Shown here in pieces: positions 7,350 to 16,187 of a stretch of 35,161 nucleotides of DNA. The stretch covers positions 1-35,161 of the forward strand of contig CAZGIU010000002.1 of the NCBI GenBank assembly GCA_964526535.1, in the 5' to 3' direction. The notes beneath the pieces were generated by a model, which worked only from the letters and a program-made list of their open reading frames with translations, ran no database searches and was not told the DNA's origin. The translations under genes and the position numbers were made by a program. The DNA comes from an uncultured Candidatus Saccharibacteria bacterium (GTDB lineage Bacteria > Patescibacteriota > CPR2_A > CG2-30-33-46 > CAZGIU01). How positions within the stretch are numbered: position 1 is the stretch's first letter; every line of letters begins with the position of its first letter.

Positions 7350-8656
7350 AAATAATAAGAAAATTAAAACTTTGGATCAGAAAAACTTTATCTATTCTAT
7401 ATGTATTTTTATATGGTGCTCCCTCAAGAAAAATGCATATTATAGGAGTTACTGGTACTAACGGCAAAACAATTACTGCTAATTTAATTTGGGCAATTCT
7501 TAATAAAAATGGGAAAAAAACTGGTTTGATTTCTGATGTTAATTTCAGAATGGGAGAAATTGAATGGCTTAATACTTTTAGAGGAAAAAATTTTACCCAT
7601 TTTAACATTAGAAAGCTCTTAAGAAGAATGTTAAAAACTGAGTGTGAATATGTAGTAATTGAAGTTTCTTATAACTCTATCTCTAAAACTCAACTTTGGG
7701 CTATAAATTTTGACACCGCTGTCTTAACAAACTTAACTCACGATCATTTAATCCACCAAAAAGACTTCGAAGAATATCAAAATACTAAAAGTCAACTTCT
7801 TTCAGATACCGTAACAGCTAAAAGATATGATAATACCCCCAGAAGAATTATTCTAAATGCTGACTCAACCTCATATGACTTTTTTAAAAATTTCAAAGGA
7901 GATGAAAACTATACTTATAGCATTAGAAACAAGGAAACTAATATAAAGGCAGAAAGAATTAAAGTTTCAGGAGACTCAACCTACTTCACTGTAAAAACAC
8001 CTTTAGGCAAGATAGATATTAAAATGAAACTTCCTGGAGCCTTTAATATCTACAATGCCCTGGCTGCTATCTCAGTGGGAGTTTCTGAAAACATATCTTT
8101 GAAAAAAATAAAATTAGCTTTGGAAGAATTTGATGGAGTACCAGGAAGAATGGAAAAAATAAATGAAGGGCAAAATTTTTCTGTTTTTGTAGATTATGCC
8201 AGCACTCCTTTTGCTTTTGAAGAGATTTTTAAATCGGCCAAAGAATTAGTAGGTCCTAATGGTCGTATCATCTCTGTTTTTGGGGCAACTGGAGAACAAA
8301 ATAAAGGAAAGAGACCAAAATTAGGAAAAATTGCAGCCAAGTATTCAAAATATTGTTTTTTGACACTGGAAGATCCTGGGAAAGAAGACCCCTTAGAGAT
8401 TATTAATCAAATCGAACCAGGCCTTAAAAGCTTGGACCAAAAAGAAAATATCGATTATTTTAAAATAATCGATCGTCGGGACGCCATAAAAAGAGCTTTT
8501 GAATCAACCAGAGAAGGAGATGTGGTTTTACTTTTAGCTAAAGGGCATGAAACTAATATGGTTTTAAAAAATCATTTAATTCCATGGGATGAAAGACAGG
8601 TAGCCAGAGAAGAATTAAGAAAATATCTCAAAAAAAATCCCAGTGCAAAAAAATAA
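7346..8656 (+). CDS. murE: Mur ligase, MurE-like (UDP-MurNAc-L-Ala-D-Glu : diamino acid ligase) with a short N-terminal domain
   Basis: P-loop IIGVTGTNGKTIT, LTNLTHDHLIHQ, VDYASTP, FGATGEQNKGKRP and LLAKGHE. The position of the mDAP-specific DNPR motif reads EDPG (LTLEDPGKEDP). Confidence 0.8.
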   Translation: MKIIRKLKLWIRKTLSILYVFLYGAPSRKMHIIGVTGTNGKTITANLIWAILNKNGKKTGLISDVNFRMGEIEWLNTFRGKNFTHFNIRKLLRRMLKTECEYVVIEVSYNSISKTQLWAINFDTAVLTNLTHDHLIHQKDFEEYQNTKSQLLSDTVTAKRYDNTPRRIILNADSTSYDFFKNFKGDENYTYSIRNKETNIKAERIKVSGDSTYFTVKTPLGKIDIKMKLPGAFNIYNALAAISVGVSENISLKKIKLALEEFDGVPGRMEKINEGQNFSVFVDYASTPFAFEEIFKSAKELVGPNGRIISVFGATGEQNKGKRPKLGKIAAKYSKYCFLTLEDPGKEDPLEIINQIEPGLKSLDQKENIDYFKIIDRRDAIKRAFESTREGDVVLLLAKGHETNMVLKNHLIPWDERQVAREELRKYLKKNPSAKK

Positions 8657-8673
8657 TATTTAAGAAGCAAAAA

Positions 8674-8708
8674 ATAAAGTAAGTGATTGGTCACTTACTT
8701 TATTTTTT
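8674..8708 (+). terminator. Strong rho-independent terminator after murE
   Basis: Perfect 13-bp stem ataaagtaagtga (8674-8686) / tcacttactttat (8691-8703), loop ttgg, followed by ttttt. Confidence 0.85.
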
Positions 8709-8807
8709 AATATTTTAACTGATTTCATTTATAGCCTATTATTTATACTTTTAGAAATATTATTTAATTAGAGAATTTACAAACTTTGAGTTAAAATATA
8801 TCTATAG

Positions 8808-11540
8808 ATGAAAAAACAAAAAATTCTTTTAATAGACGCTAACGCCCTGATTCACAGGGCTTTTCATGCCTTACCTCCTTTAACAAATAAGAGGGGGGAA
8901 ATTGTTAACGCTGTTTATGGTTTTTTGACAATTCTTTTTAAGGCAATAAATGATATCAAACCAGAATATATAGCTATAGCTTTTGACTTTCCTAAACCCA
9001 CCTTTAGGCATAAAAAATTTAAAGAATATAAGGCAACTAGAGAAAAAGCTCCTCAAGAGCTTATCTCTCAGTTCGATAAAGTAAAAGAAGCTATTAATGC
9101 CTTTTCTTTCCCCTACTTTGAGAAAGAAGGTTTTGAAGCTGATGATTTAGTTGGGACTTTAACCACTAAAGCCAAAGAACATGAGATAGAAGCAATTATA
9201 GTAACTGGTGATGCTGATGAAATACAGTTAGTTAACGAGAACACAAAAGTTTATACAATGAGGAGGGGCTTTACTGATACAATTTTATATAATATTGCTC
9301 AAGTAAAAGAAAAATATGAAGGCCTGAGGCCTGAACAATTAATAGATTTTAAAGCCCTAAAGGGAGATTCTTCTGATAATATCCCTGGTTTGAAAGGAAT
9401 TGGTGACAAAACAGCTATTCATTTAATTAAAAACTATGGTAATCTGGAAAATCTTTATTTTGAGTTAGAAAAAAATTCTGAAAAAACTAAAGCCCTGATA
9501 AAACCAGCTGTTCTAAAAACATTAAAAAACTCTAAAGAAATAGCCTTCAAAAATAAAGAACTAGTAACCATACTAAAAAATGTGCCAATCGATTTTAATA
9601 TTAATAACAGTTTCCTATCAGATTATAACAAACAAGAAGCTTTGAAATTTTTAAATAACTATGGCTTCAAAAGTCTTATAAATAAAATGCCTGTTTGTAA
9701 CAGAGAAATGAAAAAAGAGCTTGATTGGCAATACAAGATAATTAGAAACAAAAAAGAATTGACAAATCTAATAAAAGAGATATCTAAGGCTGGTTATTGT
9801 GCTATCGATACAGAGACCGAAAATCTAGACAGTATAAACGCTCAGTTAGTTGGTTTATCTTTCTCTTGTTCTGAAAATCTGGGCTTTTACTTGCCTTTTG
9901 ATAAATCAAACAAAGAAACTTTAAGCATTCTTAAGAAATTTTTTGAAGATAAAAAGGTAAAAAAGATCGGCCATAATCTTAAGTATGACATTAATGTGCT
10001 TAAAAGCTACAATATTAATCTTGAAAATATATACTTTGATACAATGTTAGCCTATTACTTAATACATCCTGGGGATAGAAGATATAATCTTAACGACCTA
10101 GCCTTTATTGAATTAGGCTATCAAAAAATAAAAATAGAGAGCTTAATTGGAAAAAAAGGCAAAAATCAACAAAAAATGTCTGAAGTTGATATAGAAAAGA
10201 TTGCCCAATATTCTTCAGAAGATGCAGTAATAACCTTTAGACTTTTTAAAAAAATAAAGAAACAATTGATTAAAAGTAAGCTGGAAAAACTTTTTAAAGA
10301 GATTGAAATGCCCATTATTCCTGTTCTGACAAAAATGGAAAAAAATGGTGTCAAAATTGATGAAAAATTCTTAAAAATTTTATCCGAAAAGTTAAAGGTC
10401 AGAATAAAACAACTAGAGAATAAAATTTGTAAAATTTCTAATTGTAATTTTAATTTAAACTCGCCAATTCAGCTTAAAGAAATTTTGTTTAATAAATTAA
10501 AAATAGCCGATGGCTTAGAAATAAAAAAGAAACTAAGAAAACTAAAAACCGGGGGCTATTCAACAGACGCTAAAAGCCTTGAAAAGTTAAAAACTTATCA
10601 CCCTATAATTAAGTTAATTATTGAACATCGAGAACTAAGCAAACTAAAAAACACTTATACCGACTCTTTGCCAAAATTAATTAACAAAAAAACTGAAAGA
10701 ATACATACCAGCTTTAACCAGACTATAACCGCAACTGGCAGGCTTTCCTCTTCTGATCCTAACCTTCAAAATATACCAACTAGAACTGAAATTGGCAGAG
10801 AAATCAGAAAAGCCTTTGTGGCAGCAAAAGGATACCAACTAATATCGGCTGACTATTCTCAAATTGAACTAAGAATTATAGCTCATCTATCTGGTGATAA
10901 AAAAATGATAGATTCTTTCATAAAAGGAGAAGACATACATCAAAAAACAGCTGCTGAAGTAAATGAAGTAAGCTCTAAAAATGTTAGTTATGAAATGCGA
11001 CAAGCAGCCAAAGCAACAAACTTTGGAATTGTTTATGGTATTGGACCTCATGGTTTATCAGAACAATTAGGCTGGTCCAGAGATGAAGCTAAAAGATACA
11101 TTGAAAAATATCACCAAAAACATCCTCAGTTAATTAAATTTTTAGAAAAAATAATAATCGACACAAGAAAGAAAGGATTCACTAAAACTCTCTTAGGTAG
11201 AATAAGACCGATACCAGAAATTAACTCACCCAATTTTCAGGTAAGGAATTCGGGCGAAAGAATGGCCATCAATTTTCCAGCCCAAGGCACAGCTGCTGAT
11301 TTAATTAAAAAGGCAATGATAGAAATAGACAAAAAAATTTCAAAGATTTCACCTAAAAGCAAAATAATAATTCAGGTTCATGATGAATTGCTTTTTGAGG
11401 TACCTAAAAATGATGTTAACAAAATAATACCTTTTATAAAAAAAGAAATGGAAAGTGTTTATCCTGACCTTGCGGTTCCTATTAAAGTTGATATATCATT
11501 AGGAAATAACTGGCAGGAATTAAAAAAGATTAATATTTAA
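8808..11540 (+). CDS. polA: DNA polymerase I with 5'-3' exonuclease, 3'-5' exonuclease and polymerase domains
   Basis: N-terminal LLIDANALIHRAFHA and GDSSDNIPG (5' nuclease). CAIDTETENLD (Exo I). Polymerase motifs DYSQIELRI, RQAAKATNFGIVYG and QVHDELLFE. Length is 910 aa. Confidence 0.95.
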   Translation: MKKQKILLIDANALIHRAFHALPPLTNKRGEIVNAVYGFLTILFKAINDIKPEYIAIAFDFPKPTFRHKKFKEYKATREKAPQELISQFDKVKEAINAFSFPYFEKEGFEADDLVGTLTTKAKEHEIEAIIVTGDADEIQLVNENTKVYTMRRGFTDTILYNIAQVKEKYEGLRPEQLIDFKALKGDSSDNIPGLKGIGDKTAIHLIKNYGNLENLYFELEKNSEKTKALIKPAVLKTLKNSKEIAFKNKELVTILKNVPIDFNINNSFLSDYNKQEALKFLNNYGFKSLINKMPVCNREMKKELDWQYKIIRNKKELTNLIKEISKAGYCAIDTETENLDSINAQLVGLSFSCSENLGFYLPFDKSNKETLSILKKFFEDKKVKKIGHNLKYDINVLKSYNINLENIYFDTMLAYYLIHPGDRRYNLNDLAFIELGYQKIKIESLIGKKGKNQQKMSEVDIEKIAQYSSEDAVITFRLFKKIKKQLIKSKLEKLFKEIEMPIIPVLTKMEKNGVKIDEKFLKILSEKLKVRIKQLENKICKISNCNFNLNSPIQLKEILFNKLKIADGLEIKKKLRKLKTGGYSTDAKSLEKLKTYHPIIKLIIEHRELSKLKNTYTDSLPKLINKKTERIHTSFNQTITATGRLSSSDPNLQNIPTRTEIGREIRKAFVAAKGYQLISADYSQIELRIIAHLSGDKKMIDSFIKGEDIHQKTAAEVNEVSSKNVSYEMRQAAKATNFGIVYGIGPHGLSEQLGWSRDEAKRYIEKYHQKHPQLIKFLEKIIIDTRKKGFTKTLLGRIRPIPEINSPNFQVRNSGERMAINFPAQGTAADLIKKAMIEIDKKISKISPKSKIIIQVHDELLFEVPKNDVNKIIPFIKKEMESVYPDLAVPIKVDISLGNNWQELKKINI

Positions 11541-11554
11541 AGGAGCATGAAAAT

Positions 11555-11911
11555 ATGAAAAAATATTCAATAATTACCTTAATTGTTCTAATAATAATTT
11601 TTGGAACAATAATTGCCTTTATGTCGGCACCTGAAGAAAAAAAAGAATCAAAAGTATCGATACCGCAAGACAAAATACTTTATTTTTACTCAGATGCTTG
11701 TAGTTATTGCATAAAACAAAAACCTATATTAGAAGAATTAGAAACTGAGGGAGTTAAATTTGAATATATGGACGTAGCGGCTAATCCTGAATATTATACT
11801 GAATATCAAGTTTCGGGCATACCTACTTTTATTTTTAAAGAAATAAACAATAAACGAGTCGGCTATCAAGAAAAAGAAGTTTTAAAAAAATTCTGGGAAG
11901 AAAATAAATAA
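11555..11911 (+). CDS. Membrane-anchored thioredoxin-fold thiol:disulfide oxidoreductase
   Basis: N-terminal transmembrane helix, a CSYC redox motif and a cis-Pro-type GIPTF segment. SD aggag lies upstream. Confidence 0.6.
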   Translation: MKKYSIITLIVLIIIFGTIIAFMSAPEEKKESKVSIPQDKILYFYSDACSYCIKQKPILEELETEGVKFEYMDVAANPEYYTEYQVSGIPTFIFKEINNKRVGYQEKEVLKKFWEENK

Positions 11912-11912
11912 T

Positions 11913-12803
11913 ATGCCTGAATTACCAGAGGTAGAAACAGTTGTCAGGGGCTTAAAAGCAAAGATTTCTGGTCATAAAATAATGTCTGTTTTTTCTGACT
12001 GGCCTAATATAATAAAAAATACAGAGCTTAATAACTTCAAAAAACAAATTACTGGTCTTTTAATAGAAGAAATTAAAAGACATGGTAAATATATTATTAT
12101 TGAATTAAGCGGTCAAAAAAACTTAATCATTCATTTAAAGATGACAGGCAATTTAATTGTTAGCCATTGTTTTGAAATAAAAAATAATAAACTTAAAATT
12201 AAATCAAGCTTTGACTGTCCAGATACTTTCATAGACAACAGGAATAAAAAACACATTCATTTCTCTCTTGGCTTGGACAAAAATAAAATAATTATTTTTT
12301 ATGATATAAGAAAATTTGGTTCAGTAAGGCTATTAGATAGAAAAAAAACAGATATTTTTTTAGAAACATTGGGACCAGATGCTATTGATAAAAATTTAAC
12401 TCTTGAGAAATTTAAAAATATATTAAAAAAGAGCAACCAAACTATTAAAAAAACCCTCCTATATCAAAAAAATATTTCAGGCATAGGTAATATTTATGCT
12501 GACGAAATACTCTTCTTATCAAGAATAAATCCAAAAACAAAAGCCAGTTTAATAAAAAATTCTGAATTTAAATTAATATTTATGGCTATGAGAAAAATAT
12601 TGAATCAAGCAATTGAAATGGGAGGTACAACCTTTTCTGATTTTAAAAATACCGAAGGAGAAACTGGTAATTATTATAATTTTCTTAAAGTTTATCAAAG
12701 AGAAAATAAACCCTGCAATCTTTGCCAAACAAATATAAAAAGAACATCCATTAATAATAGATCGTCCTTTTTCTGTCCAAAATGCCAAGGAAAAAATAAA
12801 TGA
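11913..12803 (+). CDS. mutM: Formamidopyrimidine-DNA glycosylase (Fpg/MutM)
   Basis: Diagnostic N-terminus MPELPEVETV, H2TH segment GIGNIYADEILF and a C-terminal zinc finger CNLCQ...FFCPKCQ. It has an insertion of about 20 aa after the HLKMTG strand compared with my recollection of E. coli Fpg. Confidence 0.9.
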   Translation: MPELPEVETVVRGLKAKISGHKIMSVFSDWPNIIKNTELNNFKKQITGLLIEEIKRHGKYIIIELSGQKNLIIHLKMTGNLIVSHCFEIKNNKLKIKSSFDCPDTFIDNRNKKHIHFSLGLDKNKIIIFYDIRKFGSVRLLDRKKTDIFLETLGPDAIDKNLTLEKFKNILKKSNQTIKKTLLYQKNISGIGNIYADEILFLSRINPKTKASLIKNSEFKLIFMAMRKILNQAIEMGGTTFSDFKNTEGETGNYYNFLKVYQRENKPCNLCQTNIKRTSINNRSSFFCPKCQGKNK

Positions 12804-13753
12804 TTTTAATCATAGACGGAGAAAATTATCTGGTTTCAGAAAAAATTTCTCAAATTAAAGAAAAGTTTCTGAAAAAAAACGAAAGTAGCAATAATTTTCT
12901 TGATATAGATTTTAAAGATTTTAACTTAGATAGATTTGCGAGCGATATAAAAACTCTACCCTTTATATCAGAAAAAAGGTTGATTTTTCTTAAGAACTTT
13001 ATATTAAAGGATTTATCAGAAAAGGTGAAAGATACAATTTACCAAATAATTAAATCAAAACCTGAGTCATCAATTATTCTTATTCATTTTGCAGATTCAA
13101 AAGAAATCAATAGCACATTGGGCAAAAAACTATTAAAAATAAGCAACAAACACTGGACATTTAAAGAACTAAATGGTTCAGAAATAGAAAAGTGGGCCAA
13201 AAAAGAAATAAAGGCTCGGAATAGCTCAATAAAAGAATTAGCTCTAGAAAAATTAATAACCTACACCGAAAACAATGTATCTCTTCTGGCTCAAGAAATA
13301 GAAAAATTATCTTTGTTTGCCCAAAAAAGAGAAATAACAGAAAAGGATGTTGATATTTTAGTTACTGGCAATATAGCTGTAAATATTTTTGATTTTTTAA
13401 ATAGTTTGGCATCGAAAAACTCCAAAAAAGCTATTAAGGATTTAAATAATTTATTAAAAAATGGGACTCATCCTCTAGAAGTGTTAAAAATGATTATTTG
13501 GTCAATAAGAAATATGATTGAGATAAAAGATCTCGAGAAAAAAAATAAATGGGATATTATAAAAATAACCGGCTATAAACCGTTTGTGATAGAAAAAACA
13601 TTATCTCAAACAAAATTATTCTCGGAAAAAGAGCTAAAGAATATCTACCAATATCTTTTAGAAGAAGAAATAGCTATTAAAAGAGGTAAAAAAGAACCTT
13701 CATTGGCTCTTAATATTTTAGCAATAAAATTAAGTTCTAAGAAAGAAATTTAA
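12800..13753 (+). CDS. holA: DNA polymerase III delta subunit
   Basis: Size and pattern are typical of HolA (N-terminal ...LIIDGENYL..., AQEIEKLSLF, helical C-terminal domain). There is a 4-nt start/stop overlap with mutM. Confidence 0.7.
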   Translation: MILIIDGENYLVSEKISQIKEKFLKKNESSNNFLDIDFKDFNLDRFASDIKTLPFISEKRLIFLKNFILKDLSEKVKDTIYQIIKSKPESSIILIHFADSKEINSTLGKKLLKISNKHWTFKELNGSEIEKWAKKEIKARNSSIKELALEKLITYTENNVSLLAQEIEKLSLFAQKREITEKDVDILVTGNIAVNIFDFLNSLASKNSKKAIKDLNNLLKNGTHPLEVLKMIIWSIRNMIEIKDLEKKNKWDIIKITGYKPFVIEKTLSQTKLFSEKELKNIYQYLLEEEIAIKRGKKEPSLALNILAIKLSSKKEI

Positions 13754-14049
13754 GCCTCTTTTTCTTTTTTATTACCTATAGTTTTTTTAACTATTTTTGT
13801 CTTTGATTTTTTAACTAAGCGCTTTAATTTTCTAGCTACCTTGTTAGGATGGAAAATATTTTTTTTAGCAGCTTTGTCTAATTTTTTCTGTACTTCCTGG
13901 ATTTTTTTATTAACATCCTTGGAGCCCTCTTCAATAGCCTTAACAGCTTCCTTAAAAGCTTTTTTTATTTGATTTTTTGTCTCTCTATTAAGAAGTGTCC
14001 TTTTTTTTGTTTGGCGCATACTTTTCTTTTGAGATTTGATAATTGGCAT
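13750..14049 (-). CDS. rpsT: 30S ribosomal protein S20
   Basis: N-terminus MPIIKSQKKSMRQTKKRTLLNR and an all-helical Lys-rich sequence. Its stop codon overlaps the holA stop on the opposite strand (TTAA at 13750-13753). Confidence 0.85.
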   Translation of the reverse strand: MPIIKSQKKSMRQTKKRTLLNRETKNQIKKAFKEAVKAIEEGSKDVNKKIQEVQKKLDKAAKKNIFHPNKVARKLKRLVKKSKTKIVKKTIGNKKEKEA

Positions 14050-14083
14050 TACTAATCCTTTCTAAGTAATATTTTACTAATAA

Positions 14084-14112
14084 AGCTTATATAAAAAATG
14101 TTAATTTGTCAA
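14084..14112 (-). promoter_or_regulatory. Putative rpsT promoter
   Basis: On the minus strand, a perfect -35 TTGACA (14107-14112). The -10 is either TAAGCT with a 17-nt spacer or TATAAG with a 15-nt spacer. Confidence 0.4.
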
Positions 14113-14114
14113 AA

Positions 14115-14906
14115 TTAAAGAATGATTACAAAAAGAAAAATTAGAGCTAAGGCAATTCTATAGTAAGCGAACGGTTTTAGACTATGATTTTTTAGAAACT
14201 TAATTAAATATTTAATTGCTAAAAAACCGCCTATGGCAGAAACTAAAAATCCTAAAAGATAAACATCTAAAGAACTTAACATTTCATCATTTTTTGAAAT
14301 ATCCAAAAAACCCTTTAAAGAAACCAATGTGGTCGCGGGGATGGCAATTAAAAAAGAAAATCTGGCAGCCGAGTCTCTTTTAAATCCTAAAAATAAAGCA
14401 GTTACAATAGTAATGCCCGACCTAGACACTCCAGGAATTAAAGCTATAGTTTGAGCCAAGCCTATTAAAAAAGCATTAATTAAAGTTAAATTTTTCAAAT
14501 CTTTATTGTGTTTAGATTTTTTTTCTGCCAACAAAAATAAAAGAGCAATAAACACTAAATTAAAAATAACAATCTCTGTAGATCTTAAACTATTTTCTAT
14601 AAAGTTTGACATTAAATAACCTACAAAGACTATTGGGATAGTAGCTACAAATATATTCCAAAATAAATCACTTTTTTTATCTTTATCCCAAAGGTCATGA
14701 AAAATTTGTAAAATATCTTTTCTAAAATAGAATAGCAAAGAAACTAATGTTCCAAAATGAAGTACAATATCAAAAGATATGCTTGTTAGTAGATTATTTA
14801 GGTCTAAAAATTCTTTAGCTAAAAGCAAATGACCAGAGGAACTAATTGGCAAGAACTCGGTAATGGATTGAATAATAGCTAATATTACTGTGTTAAAAAT
14901 ATTCAC
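14115..14906 (-). CDS. uppP: Undecaprenyl-diphosphate phosphatase (UppP/BacA)
   Basis: TEFLPISSSGHL and PGVSRSGITI motifs, with multiple transmembrane helices. GTG at 14906 gives the canonical N-terminus (M)NIFNTVILAIIQSITEFLP and overlaps the upstream stop by 1 nt. The longest ORF starts at GTG 14939, and either start is possible. Confidence 0.85.
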   Translation of the reverse strand: MNIFNTVILAIIQSITEFLPISSSGHLLLAKEFLDLNNLLTSISFDIVLHFGTLVSLLFYFRKDILQIFHDLWDKDKKSDLFWNIFVATIPIVFVGYLMSNFIENSLRSTEIVIFNLVFIALLFLLAEKKSKHNKDLKNLTLINAFLIGLAQTIALIPGVSRSGITIVTALFLGFKRDSAARFSFLIAIPATTLVSLKGFLDISKNDEMLSSLDVYLLGFLVSAIGGFLAIKYLIKFLKNHSLKPFAYYRIALALIFLFVIIL

Positions 14907-15433
14907 TATGAAATGCTCACTTTTGCAGTTTCGGGGCACTTAGTTTCTTCATAATTATCTGTATTTATTATTATTTTACCTTTAATTATTCTAACTATTC
15001 TATCCCTAGAGATTATTAGTTGATTTTCTAATATGTTATAAATCGGGGGGTAAATATAAATTTTTGATACCTGAAAATAATCGTCTATCAAGTAATCAGA
15101 AACTTTACCGAAATATTGACCCTGTATATTATAAACTTTGGAGTCAATAATCTCAATGCCCGCCTTAAGATTTCTGTCTATCTCTAAAACCTCTTGCTGA
15201 TCAACTATAACATCCTCGGAATCAACAACCAAAGCCTTTTCTGAAAGTTCTCTCATATCAATAAAACTTATGACTTTATTTTTCTTTTTTAAAAAACCAT
15301 AACGTCTACCAATAACACCAATAATGACTCCGTTTTGTTTTTCTATTATAAAATCCTCTATAGAGCCTATTTTATGTCCTGTGGCTAAGCTGATAATCGG
15401 TAAACCTAAAAATATTTTTGCTGATTTTAACAT
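14906..15433 (-). CDS. PRC-barrel domain protein (two tandem PRC-like repeats)
   Basis: GLPIISLATGHKIGSIEDFIIEKQNGVIIGVI and IIDSKVYNIQGQYFGKVSDYLIDD resemble PRC-barrel (YlmC/YmxH-like) repeats. Confidence 0.5.
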   Translation of the reverse strand: MLKSAKIFLGLPIISLATGHKIGSIEDFIIEKQNGVIIGVIGRRYGFLKKKNKVISFIDMRELSEKALVVDSEDVIVDQQEVLEIDRNLKAGIEIIDSKVYNIQGQYFGKVSDYLIDDYFQVSKIYIYPPIYNILENQLIISRDRIVRIIKGKIIINTDNYEETKCPETAKVSIS

Positions 15434-15441
15434 ATCTTTAA

Positions 15442-16185
15442 TTATAACCTATTATATTTCAGATAAATAAAATATTCTTGGTTGCCCTTCTCTCCTCTTA
15501 AACCAGCTTTTTGAAATCCTTTAAATAAAAAATTTTCTTTCTTGGAAAACTCAATAATGTCTTGTAAAATTCCCATCTGAATCTTTTCATCCTTAATTAC
15601 ACCTTTAAATTTGTCTGCCATTTTTTTTCCTACTTCAAATTGAGGTTTAACCAAAGCAATAATCTCTGATTTGTATTTTTGATTTAAGATAATATTTTTT
15701 ATTATAGATAAAACCTTTTTTAAAGAAATAAAAGAAACGTCAATTAGGAAAAAATTGATTATTTCCGGTAAAGCATTAATATCTTTTATATTTGTTTTTT
15801 CCATTACAACGACCCTTGGATTTTCTCTCAATTTTTGAGCTAATTGTCCATAGCCAACATCAATAGCATAAACTCTCTTAGCTTTATTTTTTAGAGCAAA
15901 ATCAGTAAAACCGCCGGTTGAAGAACCCACATCAACAATTATTTTATTTTTAAATTCAAGACCAAATTTTTCATAAGCTGGTTTTATTTTTTGTCCACCC
16001 TTAGAAACATAAAAATCTTTCTCTATAATTTTAAGAAAAACCGAATCATCAAAACTCATACCTGGTTTAACTGATTTATAATTATCAACATAAACTAAGC
16101 CGGCTAAAATCAATTTTTGAGCTTTTTCTCTACTTGGAACAATGCCCTTTTCATATAGCAAAACATCGAGTCTTTTCTTAGTCAT
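15442..16185 (-). CDS. tlyA: TlyA-family rRNA 2'-O-methyltransferase (S4 domain plus FtsJ-like methyltransferase)
   Basis: RLDVLLYEKGIVPSREKAQKLILAGLVYVD (S4 domain) and VDVGSSTGGFTDFAL...YAIDVGYGQL (SAM-binding fold). Confidence 0.85.
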   Translation of the reverse strand: MTKKRLDVLLYEKGIVPSREKAQKLILAGLVYVDNYKSVKPGMSFDDSVFLKIIEKDFYVSKGGQKIKPAYEKFGLEFKNKIIVDVGSSTGGFTDFALKNKAKRVYAIDVGYGQLAQKLRENPRVVVMEKTNIKDINALPEIINFFLIDVSFISLKKVLSIIKNIILNQKYKSEIIALVKPQFEVGKKMADKFKGVIKDEKIQMGILQDIIEFSKKENFLFKGFQKAGLRGEKGNQEYFIYLKYNRL

Positions 16186-16187
16186 TT

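Noticed and set aside
14906-14939. A 34-nt overlap between uppP and the upstream PRC-barrel gene as a possible programmed or unusual overlap.
   Set aside because: The long form of uppP starts at a GTG and adds 11 non-conserved residues. An in-frame GTG at 14906 gives the canonical UppP N-terminus and a 1-nt stop/start overlap (taGtg). The large overlap is most likely an artefact of calling the longest ORF.
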